Shown: piece by piece, positions 27,966-37,044 of the stretch
Position numbering within the stretch: position 1 is the stretch's first letter
Layout: every line of letters starts with the position of its first letter
DNA from: Homoserinimonas sp.
GTDB taxonomy: Bacteria; Actinomycetota; Actinomycetes; Actinomycetales; Microbacteriaceae
Assembly: GCA_023957835.1 (NCBI GenBank)
Contig: JAMLGP010000001.1
Coordinates: 115,575 to 179,574, forward strand
Direction of reading: 5' to 3'
DNA length: 64,000 nucleotides
Position numbers and translations under genes: made by a program
The notes under the pieces: generated by a model
What the model saw: only the letters and a program-made list of their open reading frames with translations
Database searches by the model: none
What the model was told of the DNA's origin: nothing

Positions 27966-28325
27966 CTATTCGGATGCCCGCGTGATACCCAGACGCAAGG
28001 TGACTTCATCGGGAGTCAGGTCGTAGCCTGTCGCGCGCAGGCCGGACCAATTGATTCCGATGAGCTGGCCATCCTCGGCGAGGCCCGGAAGCCATTGCTC
28101 CAGGAACGCGGCGAGCGGGATCTCGACCACGGTCATCCCGGAATAGGCCGCGACCGTAGCCACGACTTTCTCAGCTCGCGATCGCTTCGACCAGAACGGC
28201 ATCGACCGAACACCTTCGGCCGTCAGGGGAGCAGGGAAGCCTCCTTCGTCGCGGACAGAAGAGACGCAGTTGCTCTCGGCGACCTCTTTGAAGAATGCCG
28301 CGGCCTGTGCGGCGCTCGTAGTCAT
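27966..28325 (-). CDS. DUF2750-like small protein
   Basis: 119 aa. The FFKEV...GFPAP...MPFWS...WSG pattern resembles DUF2750 from memory only. Confidence 0.5.
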   Translation of the reverse strand: MTTSAAQAAAFFKEVAESNCVSSVRDEGGFPAPLTAEGVRSMPFWSKRSRAEKVVATVAAYSGMTVVEIPLAAFLEQWLPGLAEDGQLIGINWSGLRATGYDLTPDEVTLRLGITRASE

Positions 28326-28358
28326 TTCACCTCCGGTGTTTCGCCGACCTGGGCGAGT

Positions 28359-28724
28359 TCAGATCGCTTCATAGCCATCCGGCCGTTGCGACTTTGGCAA
28401 GGCGGCTGCTGCAAATCGGTACGAGTCCCGGATTGCCTCAATCAATTCCGGCTCCGGGATGGTGTAGTCGAGGCTGTTCCAGCCGAAGCGGCCATCGTAA
28501 GGCATTACTCTCGCCTGTTCCGGATAGCGGTCGAGCCACTCATCCGCCTCCTCGCGAGTGCGACCGCACTTCACCGAAAGCCTCGTCTCGACCAGATGGA
28601 CGAAGATCCGTCCCCTGCCTTCGCCAATCTTTATGACGGTGGAACCTGGCCCCCATGGGCAATCGAGCCAGGCACCGGGGAGAGCAAGGCTGTAGTCGGT
28701 AGCGGTCTGCTCATCCATCCCCAC
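28359..28724 (-). CDS. MmcQ/YjbR-like protein
   Basis: 121 aa. The LPGAWLDCPWG...VIKIG...IFVHL pattern resembles the YjbR family from memory only. Confidence 0.5.
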   Translation of the reverse strand: MGMDEQTATDYSLALPGAWLDCPWGPGSTVIKIGEGRGRIFVHLVETRLSVKCGRTREEADEWLDRYPEQARVMPYDGRFGWNSLDYTIPEPELIEAIRDSYRFAAAALPKSQRPDGYEAI

Positions 28725-28760
28725 AGCCTAAATTGCAACCGGCAGTTTCGACCAGACCCG

Positions 28761-29321
28761 CTAACTAGCCGGATGCCGCACGAGTCGCTGTTCCATTAGG
28801 TCGGCACCGTCGATTAGTAGCTGCTTCTTCGTGCCATCGGGCAGGAACCCCATCTTTCGGTAGAAAGAGATCGCTCTGGTGGGCGCGTCTATTGCCCACA
28901 AAAAGGCCCCGGATTCGGTCCCGACTGCCGCCTCCAGCAGTGCCTTCCCGACGCCGGTGCCGTGGGCCTCCTGGAGCACGTAGAGCCCGTCGAGCTGGTT
29001 CGGGTATGGGGAGTCTTCGTCAAGACCGCCGCTCGCGGTTGCCCAGCCGACTATGCGACCGCCCATTTCAGCGACATACGCCCGCTCTTTGCCAAAAGGC
29101 GATCGCCCCTCGATAATCTCGATCCAGACTTCGACCCGCCGCTCGCGCCGCGACTCCCGTGCCTCGAAGACGCTTTCCGGCATGTACTCTGAGTAGGCCT
29201 CACGCCAGCCCTGCAGGTGAACGGTAGTAATACCGTCGGCGTCGGCAGTTACGGCCGGCCGAACAACGAAGTCGGGGTGCCCGCTCATGCGGACCTCATC
29301 GTGATTCGGCTGACTATCCAT
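28761..29321 (-). CDS. GNAT family N-acetyltransferase
   Basis: Acetyl-CoA motif LYVLQEAHGTGVGKALLEAA; 186 aa. Confidence 0.8.
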   Translation of the reverse strand: MDSQPNHDEVRMSGHPDFVVRPAVTADADGITTVHLQGWREAYSEYMPESVFEARESRRERRVEVWIEIIEGRSPFGKERAYVAEMGGRIVGWATASGGLDEDSPYPNQLDGLYVLQEAHGTGVGKALLEAAVGTESGAFLWAIDAPTRAISFYRKMGFLPDGTKKQLLIDGADLMEQRLVRHPAS

Positions 29322-29356
29322 CGGTCGGTTCTCTCACTCACGGTTACAGACCACAA

Positions 29357-30049
29357 TCAAAGCACGCCAAGCAGCGTATATGCGGCGATGAATCCTGCGG
29401 CAACTAGCGCTGTGCCAACGGTGGCGATAGTCACGGGCCATCCGCCGCGAATTCGCCAGCCCAGCATTCCTGCGAGCAGAGCCACCCCCAGCGCTCCGAT
29501 CGCAACCCAATAGTGCGGCGCGGTCGTGTCTGCGACCACCGTCAGTCCGTATACCGACTCCCCGACGAAGATGCCCGACAGCAAAGCGGTCGCGGCAGCG
29601 GCGCGCCAGCCGTGATCGCGCAGCCAGGCGGCCGCCAGCCCAATGAACGGCCCGACTACGACACCGACTACTACGAATATGAGCGGGCTGTAGTGCAAGC
29701 CGATCCAGGTCGCACCGGCGCTGTAGCCGAGTACGAGGATGACGAAACTGAGTGCGCCCAGCAGGGACGCTTCCGAAGGTTTCGCTCGAGAGGCAAATGC
29801 CATGAGCGCCGTGAGCAGGGTCCATCCGCTTGCCGAGTTCGCGAACGATCGCCACTCGTCTGGCAGCCATCCCTGTGCGAACACCGTGAGCGCACCCAAT
29901 AGAAAGCTCGCAAGTGCAACGACAACAAATCTCAGTACGAACGGAAGCAATCTGGCGCCAGCCCGCACGGATGCTTCGTCGTCTAATCCGGAAGCCACGT
30001 GGGGATTATCTAATGCCAGCACAGATCCATGCGCCTTTCCCGAGGGCAT
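29357..30049 (-). CDS. hypothetical polytopic membrane protein
   Basis: About 6 TM segments. The start was trimmed to the Met at 30049 so that it abuts the stop of the upstream gene at 30052. Confidence 0.55.
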   Translation of the reverse strand: MPSGKAHGSVLALDNPHVASGLDDEASVRAGARLLPFVLRFVVVALASFLLGALTVFAQGWLPDEWRSFANSASGWTLLTALMAFASRAKPSEASLLGALSFVILVLGYSAGATWIGLHYSPLIFVVVGVVVGPFIGLAAAWLRDHGWRAAAATALLSGIFVGESVYGLTVVADTTAPHYWVAIGALGVALLAGMLGWRIRGGWPVTIATVGTALVAAGFIAAYTLLGVL

Positions 30050-30051
30050 TT

Positions 30052-30582
30052 TCAGGTGAGTTCCTTCTGAATCTTTCGAATTACTGTGGCGAGCACGCCG
30101 GATGCGAGTAGCCCGGCTCCCAGTGGGCCGGCCGAATCTTCTCCGAGCGAGGGCAGCAAGCGAAGTGCCGTGCGCACATCCGTACTCATATGCGAGACCT
30201 GCCAATCGACCTCTTCGTCAATCGCGAGGTCACTATCGGATCGCGACAAACTCGCCGCCTTTGCCGCATACGCCGCTGCACCAAGTGCGTGAGCGCCCAT
30301 GTGCGCGACTCCGGAAGCTTGTGCCGCTGCGCGCGCTGCTGCGACTGCGGCGCCACTCTTCACCGCCTGCGCGGCACGGCCGGCCTCGAATCGGCGCCGG
30401 ATCTCTCCCGCTGCGCTGAGCTCGCCACGGCCGAATGCTCTTGCTCGCGTGATCGCATCCCGAGGGCGACCATCATCAGTTACTTCTGCTTCGAATAGCG
30501 GCAATACTCTCTCCGCGCAGTCTGCTGCCCAAATCGCGAGGATCCGGCGATCGGTCTCACTGAGTGTTTGCGCGGAGGTCAT
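30052..30582 (-). CDS. hypothetical Ala-rich helical protein (possibly immunity-protein-like)
   Basis: Coding-like frame of 176 aa. The family assignment is tentative. Confidence 0.4.
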   Translation of the reverse strand: MTSAQTLSETDRRILAIWAADCAERVLPLFEAEVTDDGRPRDAITRARAFGRGELSAAGEIRRRFEAGRAAQAVKSGAAVAAARAAAQASGVAHMGAHALGAAAYAAKAASLSRSDSDLAIDEEVDWQVSHMSTDVRTALRLLPSLGEDSAGPLGAGLLASGVLATVIRKIQKELT

Positions 30583-30591
30583 GACAGCGAG

Positions 30592-30849
30592 TCACGCCGA
30601 TTTCTTGTAACGCTTCATCGCCGCCTGGTGGCTAACCCCGAGAGCGTCGCCGATCTGCGTCCAGGTCGCACCGGCGTCTCGTGCCTCGACTACGACTTCG
30701 TAGAGTTGCTCGTCGATGTATTCGCGGAATTGCGCCGCCCAGTGAAGTGCATGAAGGGGGTTGCGTCCATGTCGTGTTGCGCTCTCGAAGTCGAAATTCT
30801 CGAAGTACGCCTCAAGTTGCTCGTCGGTCATTGTCGTCATCTTCATCAC
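30592..30849 (-). CDS. small HTH protein (antitoxin-like)
   Basis: C-terminal HTH ATWTQIGDALGVSHQAAMKRYKK. It overlaps the upstream small gene by 4 nt. Confidence 0.5.
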   Translation of the reverse strand: MMKMTTMTDEQLEAYFENFDFESATRHGRNPLHALHWAAQFREYIDEQLYEVVVEARDAGATWTQIGDALGVSHQAAMKRYKKSA

Positions 30850-31097
30850 CTTGGGTTCTTCTTGTATGGAAGGTATTTGGGGCGGGCTGGCATCACATGT
30901 GCGACGACGTCGATGGTGATGCCATCAGCGGCGAATACGACCCCGACTTCGAGGAGTTCGCCGGACTGTGTCGGCCCGATGAGCATTGCCAGCGCATGGT
31001 CGCCCTGGTCGCGGAACTCATCGGTGTGGTGAACCACGGCATGCTCGATCTGCTCCACGGTGTAGCCGCGCTTCAGCGCACTCGCCGCGATTCTCAC
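30846..31097 (-). CDS. small hypothetical protein (toxin-like partner)
   Basis: 83 aa, first gene of a two-gene cassette. No catalytic motif was recognised. Confidence 0.4.
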   Translation of the reverse strand: MRIAASALKRGYTVEQIEHAVVHHTDEFRDQGDHALAMLIGPTQSGELLEVGVVFAADGITIDVVAHVMPARPKYLPYKKNPR

Positions 31098-31148
31098 ATT
31101 CCAACTTTAGTTGCAATCCCTCGTTATTGCAACTAAAGTTGCAAGTGC

Positions 31149-32165
31149 TCAGTTCCAGCCGAGTTCAGCGCCGATCGCCTTCACGTTCTCCAGCAGGCGC
31201 GAGTTGTATTCGACGCCGAGTTGGTTCGGCACTGTAATCAGGACGGTGTCGGCGGCCGCAACCGCGGTGTCCTCGCGAAGTTCCTCGACGATCCGCTCCG
31301 GCTCGCCGACGTAGCTCTTACCGAAGCGGGCAAGACCGCCGTCGAGGTAGCCGACCTGATCGTGGCTGTCGTGAGCACCTCTGGCTCCGAAGTATCGACG
31401 GTCGAGGTCGCTGACCAGAGGGATGATGCTGCGGCTCACCGAGACCCGCGGCTCGCGCTTGTGGCCGGCCTTCTTCCACGCCTCCCGGTAGCCGGCAATC
31501 TGCTCCGCCTGCAGTTCGTGGAAGGGGACCCCCGTGTCTTCGGTAAGCAGCGTCGAGCTCATGAGGTTCATGCCCTGCTCGGCGGTCCAGATAGCGGTCG
31601 CCCTGGTTCCGGAACCCCACCAGATTCGCTCCGGCAGGCCGGGGGAGCGGGGTTCGATCGCCAGTGCTCCATCCATTCCGGTCATCTTCGGATCGGCCTG
31701 GGCTACTCCGGCACCGGAGATTGCTGCGCGAAAAAGCTCGGCGTGGGAGCGGGCCAGATCGGCATCCGTCTCACCTTCTGCGGGAACGTGCCCGAATGAC
31801 TCGTAGCCGCGAAGTGCGGGCTCGGGTGAGCCGCGGCTGATACCGAGCTGCAACCGGCCGCCGCTGATCAAGTCCGCGGATGCCGCATCCTCAGCCATGT
31901 AGAACGGGTTCTCGTAGCGCATGTCGATGACGGCTGTGCCGATCTCGATTCGCTTCGTCTTCGCGCCGATGGCGGCGAGCAGGGGGAAGGGCGAGGCGAG
32001 CTGCGGCGCGAAGTGGTGCACGCGAACATAGGCGCCGTCAATGCCGATCTCCTCAGCCGCCACCGCCAGATCGATCGTCTGGAGCAGGGCATCCTGCCCA
32101 GTCCGCGAAATCGACCCCGGAATCGCCTGCCAGTGCCCGAAAGAAAGAAAACCAATGCGCTTCAC
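31149..32165 (-). CDS. LLM-class (luciferase-like) flavin-dependent oxidoreductase
   Basis: RIGFLSFGHW N-terminus and the GRLQLGISRGSP motif. The start is uncertain; the track ORF extends to 32243. Confidence 0.8.
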   Translation of the reverse strand: MKRIGFLSFGHWQAIPGSISRTGQDALLQTIDLAVAAEEIGIDGAYVRVHHFAPQLASPFPLLAAIGAKTKRIEIGTAVIDMRYENPFYMAEDAASADLISGGRLQLGISRGSPEPALRGYESFGHVPAEGETDADLARSHAELFRAAISGAGVAQADPKMTGMDGALAIEPRSPGLPERIWWGSGTRATAIWTAEQGMNLMSSTLLTEDTGVPFHELQAEQIAGYREAWKKAGHKREPRVSVSRSIIPLVSDLDRRYFGARGAHDSHDQVGYLDGGLARFGKSYVGEPERIVEELREDTAVAAADTVLITVPNQLGVEYNSRLLENVKAIGAELGWN

Positions 32166-32246
32166 ATCGAGTACAGCGCCGCGAGTCGCCCAGGTATTCC
32201 CTGCGGCATCGCACTCGCTACTGCGAGCACGCTTCCACTTCAAGGT

Positions 32247-32459
32247 TCAAACGGTCTGGCCGACGAGGAAATGCCAACCGAGCCACCACCAGAACAGGAG
32301 GATGCCGATCCTGGCCGAGCGGGTTTCCATCACTCTGTCCATGAGGTTACCGATCGGGGCAATGCGCTCCGGATCTCTGCGGGCGGCAATCTCGACGACG
32401 ACCGCTGCGATCACGCACGCGAGGTAAGCGCAGATTGTGAGGATTCGGGTGAGGGGCAT
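32247..32459 (-). CDS. small membrane protein
   Basis: MPLTRILTICAYLACVIAAVVVEIAA... and a second TM segment GILLFWWWLGWHFLV. The start overlaps the upstream gene's stop. Confidence 0.5.
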   Translation of the reverse strand: MPLTRILTICAYLACVIAAVVVEIAARRDPERIAPIGNLMDRVMETRSARIGILLFWWWLGWHFLVGQTV

Positions 32460-33049
32460 TAGCGCTTCCCTCTGCGAATCAGCGCGATCCCGACTACGAG
32501 CCAAAGGACGGTGAAGACGACTCGGCCCTCGATCGTGTCTAGGGCCGGGTCAAGCAGCAGTGACACGCTCGGGTGAGCGTAGCGGGCGGCATCCGATGGA
32601 ACCCCTATCAGGAACGAAACGACTTCGATAATGCAGGCGGTGAGCGCGATTACCGACCAGAGGATGCCCGCCCGCCTGATCGAAAGCCCGCTGCTGGACG
32701 CAGACTCGTGGTTCGGCCAGGCGATGAGCAGCACCGTCAGCCCGATCCCGCTGACGATGACCCCTTCGACGATCCCGTGCCGGGGCGCCAGGATCATCGC
32801 AATCGCCAGCACTGCGGCGATCCCGACGAGAATCGCGTTTCGCGGCAGTGCGAGCATGGGCAGGGTGATCGGCCGAAACTCGTCAACAATCAGCAGCGCG
32901 GCGATTGCGAGAAAGAAGACTCCGTCGATCGGGGCCCCGCGGCCCACCTGAAAGCCACCGGTGAACAGCAGCATTAGCGTCCACGGTCGAGTGAAGGCGC
33001 GGAGGGTTCCCACCTTCTCTCTGGTTTCGGCACGACGGTTCTCGCGCAT
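32459..33049 (-). CDS. hypothetical membrane protein
   Basis: 196 aa with 5-6 TM segments. Confidence 0.5.
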   Translation of the reverse strand: MRENRRAETREKVGTLRAFTRPWTLMLLFTGGFQVGRGAPIDGVFFLAIAALLIVDEFRPITLPMLALPRNAILVGIAAVLAIAMILAPRHGIVEGVIVSGIGLTVLLIAWPNHESASSSGLSIRRAGILWSVIALTACIIEVVSFLIGVPSDAARYAHPSVSLLLDPALDTIEGRVVFTVLWLVVGIALIRRGKR

Positions 33050-33503
33050 GATTCAAGGTTACGCTCGCCGGGTGTGCCGGGGCCGGACCGCGAACCCGCG
33101 GGGCATAATCGAAAGCGTGAACAGCGAAGCGGATGCCGCTCCCGGCCTCGACTCCCTCGGCAAAGAGATCGAACGCCTGACCTCCGCAAACCTCGAAGGC
33201 CGCGCGGGAGCAGGCGCCGCACTTGAGGCCGCCGCACTCGAAGGAGACCCGTTCGAGCGTGCCGCGGTGCTGCGCAACAACGCCATGGGAATCATCTTCG
33301 ATGGCGACGGATCGAGCGACGCAGAGCGAATCGGAAGGCTCGTAGCTCTCGTTCCCGCTTTGCTCAATGTCGTCGACGAGGCCCGCGACACCATCAGCCG
33401 CCTACGCGAACTTGCCGGCGAGCAGGACCCAGCGAAGGCTACAAGCCCCTGGGATAAAGCCGGGCGAGGAGAACCTCCCCGCCCGGCGTGGGATGGCGGG
33501 TAG
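33048..33503 (+). CDS. hypothetical protein
   Basis: Open frame divergent from 32459..33049 with acceptable codon bias. No motif was recognised. Confidence 0.35.
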   Translation: MIQGYARRVCRGRTANPRGIIESVNSEADAAPGLDSLGKEIERLTSANLEGRAGAGAALEAAALEGDPFERAAVLRNNAMGIIFDGDGSSDAERIGRLVALVPALLNVVDEARDTISRLRELAGEQDPAKATSPWDKAGRGEPPRPAWDGG

Positions 33504-33524
33504 TCCCGCCTCCGCTATCAGTTT

Positions 33525-34427
33525 CTACTGCGAGTTCGACTGGCTCTTCTTCGCGTTCGACCGCTTGATGGCGAGCCTCACCCAGACCACCACGATCAGC
33601 GCAATCAGCCCAAGCAGCGCGAGCCACGGAAGCATTGCTCCGATCACAATTAGCGAAGTACTCAGGAATGCGACCAGAGAAGTCCAGCCGGCAACGAGCC
33701 CGGTCCAGAAGTTGTCCGGCCTCTCCTTTGGAGTGTCCTGCTCAGAGATCAGGTAAAGACTCACAGTCGAAAGTGCGACCTGGTCATCGAGGTAGCGCTT
33801 CTGAGTCTCGAGACTCTCAAGCTCGGACTGCCGCTGTGACAGAGCCGACTCGATCGTGATGAGGTCCTGAGTCGAAGTTGCCTTCTCCATGAGCGTCAGG
33901 AGCCGATCCACCGAAGTCTGGAGAGCCTTGATTCTGGCGTCGATGTCCTGGGACTGCTGGGTGACATCCGTCGAATTGATCGAGGTGTTGCGTGCAACGC
34001 CAAGATCTTTGAGCTTCTCGAGAGTGTCGGCGAGCTTTGCCGAAGGGATGCGCAAAGTCAGTTGCGCACTGCCGAGATCCTTGCCTGAAGGCTCGTTCTC
34101 CACTCGGTAGGCGACGGTTCCGCCGGAAGCGAGAGTAATCCGGGCCGCTTCATCGGCGGCCTTGACCGGCGAGTCCACCGTCACCGTGACCTGGACGGTG
34201 GTGATGATCTGCGGGCCGGCAATGTCCATGCCGTCCTTGGACCCGGCATCCTCCCGAACACCTTCATTCGGGCCGGGAATGCCGTCGATACTTCCGTACT
34301 GGTAGGAGCTGTCTCCGGGGGCCCCGCCAGACTGGGGGGCTTCAGAATCTGCCGAACTGCCGGCGGTGCATCCGGTCAGAAGGATTGCGCCTGAAAGCAG
34401 CGCTGCTGTGATTAGTAGTCGCCTCAT
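33525..34427 (-). CDS. DUF4349-like lipoprotein
   Basis: Lipobox MRRLLITAALLSGAILLTGC, a central coiled-coil, and C-terminal TM segments. Confidence 0.65.
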   Translation of the reverse strand: MRRLLITAALLSGAILLTGCTAGSSADSEAPQSGGAPGDSSYQYGSIDGIPGPNEGVREDAGSKDGMDIAGPQIITTVQVTVTVDSPVKAADEAARITLASGGTVAYRVENEPSGKDLGSAQLTLRIPSAKLADTLEKLKDLGVARNTSINSTDVTQQSQDIDARIKALQTSVDRLLTLMEKATSTQDLITIESALSQRQSELESLETQKRYLDDQVALSTVSLYLISEQDTPKERPDNFWTGLVAGWTSLVAFLSTSLIVIGAMLPWLALLGLIALIVVVWVRLAIKRSNAKKSQSNSQ

Positions 34428-34572
34428 GCGGCAAATGTATCCGGCAAGTCCCGCAGATGTAACCCAACGAAAGTCACAATTCACTCGTCAACTCGGACCT
34501 GCGGCCGCACCCTCAGATCGACGGTATGGCCGGATTCGCCCATGCGAGCGAAGCCTGGGCGATACTGGATGA

Positions 34573-35349
34573 ATGGGACTTCTTCGAAGCAAGCCCCCGC
34601 TCTTGCACATCGCTCTGGATCAGGGTGAGGGGCCGACAGTCATCATGATCCACGGCATAGCCTCCTCTTCGGTCACTTTCGAGAAGCTCGTGCCGATGAT
34701 TCAGGATCGGCATCGTGTGATTGCTATCGACCTGCTCGGCTTCGGCGAATCCCCTTCTCCTGAGGGCGCGGAGTACACACTTGAAGAGCATGTCTCGGCA
34801 CTTCGAAGGACGATCAACGCCCTCGGCCTTACTTCTCCGTTTGTTCTGGTCGGGCATTCCATGGGCGGTTTGATCGCGACAAGGTTTGCGGCGAAAAAAG
34901 CCAGGCTGCTGTCGAAGCTCGTCCTGGTCAGCCCACCGATCTATGTTTCCCCCCAGGCGCTTGGGGACCCGATGGAAAAAGCAACAATGGGGCTCTATCT
35001 AAAGGCCTACGAATATCTTCGACAGAACAAGGAATTCACAATGCGGAACGCGAACGTGCTCGCGAAAATGTCGCCGATCAAGAACGTGCTCGAGGTCTCC
35101 GAACGCAACTGGCGGGCATTCACGCTTTCCCTTCGAAACCTCATCGAATCCCAAACTACGATCAGCGATCTGGCTCGGGTCAAGGTTCCCGTCGAAGTCA
35201 TCTACGGCCGCCTCGACCCGTTCCTCATGCACGACGCCGGGCTTCGAATCGCGGGTCAGATGCGCGGGGTCAGGGTGCACAAGGTTGAAGCCAACGACCA
35301 CGTAATTCGAAACCGGATGGCCCGAATCGTCGCGACCAGCATCGGTTGA
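34573..35349 (+). CDS. alpha/beta hydrolase
   Basis: HG oxyanion motif (VIMIHGIASS), nucleophile elbow GHSMGG, and a C-terminal DH. Confidence 0.85.
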   Translation: MGLLRSKPPLLHIALDQGEGPTVIMIHGIASSSVTFEKLVPMIQDRHRVIAIDLLGFGESPSPEGAEYTLEEHVSALRRTINALGLTSPFVLVGHSMGGLIATRFAAKKARLLSKLVLVSPPIYVSPQALGDPMEKATMGLYLKAYEYLRQNKEFTMRNANVLAKMSPIKNVLEVSERNWRAFTLSLRNLIESQTTISDLARVKVPVEVIYGRLDPFLMHDAGLRIAGQMRGVRVHKVEANDHVIRNRMARIVATSIG

Positions 35350-35376
35350 GTTCTTCCGGATGCCGCCTCGGCTCCC

Positions 35377-35460
35377 CAGCAAGGCCAGCCCAGTTGAGAG
35401 CGCTCAGTAGGGCGAGCTCAGTTGGGCCAGCCCAGTTGGGCCAGCCCAGCAAGGCCTGCG
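35377..35460. repeat. tandem repeat, 6 units of 14 bp (consensus CAGTTGGGCCAGCC)
   Basis: The units are cagcaaggccagcc / cagttgagagcgct / cagtagggcgagct / cagttgggccagcc / cagttgggccagcc / cagcaaggcctgcg. They sit between two convergent genes. Confidence 0.85.
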
Positions 35461-35462
35461 TC

Positions 35463-36677
35463 TCAACCCTGCCGGAGCGACTGAATCGGCTCGGTGTCGG
35501 GTAGAGGGCTGACATCCTTGCCGCGCAGGTCGGGGTGGGCTCGCTTGAAGATGACCGGGATTATGAAGCCGACGAGGGCGAAGGCGATTGCGACCCAGAA
35601 GCCGCCGTGCGCGTCGAAGCTGTCGATCATGAAACCTGCCGCTGCCGAGCCGAGGGCGGCACCGATGAGCTGGCCAGTTCCGATCCAGCCGTAGGCCTCT
35701 GCGGTTTCGCTGAACTTGACGCTCGCGGAGACGATCGTAAACATGACTGCGAGGGCGGGTGCAATTCCGATGCCGGACAAGGCGAGGGTGATTGCGAGCC
35801 ACCAGAAGTTGAGCGAAGCGGCGGCGAGGGCCATCCCGACGAACATGATGAACATGCGCCTCGCGAGTGCCCAGGGCCCGATTGGGAAGTGACCAAACGC
35901 CAGCCCGCCGATTAGCGAGCCGATCGAGAAGATTGCGAGCACGAAACCGGAATCCGGACTGTCGTGGCCGAAGGTCGCCACAACCCCGGCTTCGATCGCC
36001 GCGCAGGCGCCAACGAGCAGGAAGCCGCAAACGGTAGCGAGCATTACCGGAGGACGCACGAGCACCGCACCGACTTTGCGCTTCGCCCGTGGGATGCGAA
36101 CCCGACCGACTTCCGGCGAGGTAATGAACCAGATTCCGCCGAAGACGAGGAAGCACATCGCCAGGGCGATTGCGACGACCGGGGAGATTTGCGTTGCGAC
36201 AAAGGTCGTGATTACCGGACCGACTACCCAGATCACTTCCTGCGCTGACGCATCCAGGGAGAACAGCGGCGTGAGCTGCTTCGAGTTCACGAGCTTGGGA
36301 TAAATGGTTCTGACCGCCGGCTGGATCGGCGGATTGCTGAGTCCGGCTATTAGGCCGATCGCCATGTAGACCGGTATCGGCAGTTTCGGGGCAAATGCGA
36401 TTACTCCGAGCGCCGTTGTGCAGACCGTCGCGGTGAGAATCAGCACGGTGCGCATTCCCCAAACGCCCATCCAGCGGCTGGTCAGCGGTCCTGCGATCGC
36501 CTGGCCGATGCTCATGGCGGCAAGGACGAGACCTGCCGCGCCGTAGGAGTGGTGGATGCGCTCGATGTGCAGCAGGAAGGCAAGCGAAAGCATTCCGCCC
36601 GGAAACCTCGCCAGCAACTGGGCGGACATAATGCGCGCAACTCCTCGCGTTTTGAGGAGGTTCCAGTAGCTGTCCAC
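35463..36677 (-). CDS. MFS transporter
   Basis: 404 aa, about 12 TM segments. Confidence 0.8.
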   Translation of the reverse strand: MDSYWNLLKTRGVARIMSAQLLARFPGGMLSLAFLLHIERIHHSYGAAGLVLAAMSIGQAIAGPLTSRWMGVWGMRTVLILTATVCTTALGVIAFAPKLPIPVYMAIGLIAGLSNPPIQPAVRTIYPKLVNSKQLTPLFSLDASAQEVIWVVGPVITTFVATQISPVVAIALAMCFLVFGGIWFITSPEVGRVRIPRAKRKVGAVLVRPPVMLATVCGFLLVGACAAIEAGVVATFGHDSPDSGFVLAIFSIGSLIGGLAFGHFPIGPWALARRMFIMFVGMALAAASLNFWWLAITLALSGIGIAPALAVMFTIVSASVKFSETAEAYGWIGTGQLIGAALGSAAAGFMIDSFDAHGGFWVAIAFALVGFIIPVIFKRAHPDLRGKDVSPLPDTEPIQSLRQG

Positions 36678-37044
36678 GAGAGTTCAATCCTATCGGCGGG
36701 AAGTGGTAGGCCAGTCGGCGGCAGGCTGCAGGGTTGACCTGCGGGCGATTGCGGAATTGGCGCTTCGCGGCGCCCGCGCTCCACTGCCGGCAGCACCCTC
36801 ACTCCACTGTCTCAGGCACCCCGGATACTGGGCTCAGGGTCGACAACCGGTTGATCCGATGTCGTTTCGCAGTTGATCCAGAGCCGTTTCGGGGCCGCGC
36901 TGAGTGTTTTTTGGGTCGTGACACGCGCACAACATCTTGGGTTCTGCCCAATCCACAACCCGGATATATAGTGGTTTAGCCGCGGGTTGGCGATAGGCAG
37001 CTTTTTCGTCCGAAATCGTCTCGGACAGCTCGGGGAACGCAGAA

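Noticed and set aside
36925-36974. Candidate NrdR boxes upstream of the RNR operon (cccggatatatagtgg at 36959..36974, about 11/16 to the acacwatatatwgtgt consensus, and a weaker cacaacatcttgggtt nearby)
   Set aside because: Only one half-site is convincing, the second box is poor, and the spacing (~35 bp) is atypical. A PWM scan and the presence of nrdR in the genome would be needed before calling it.
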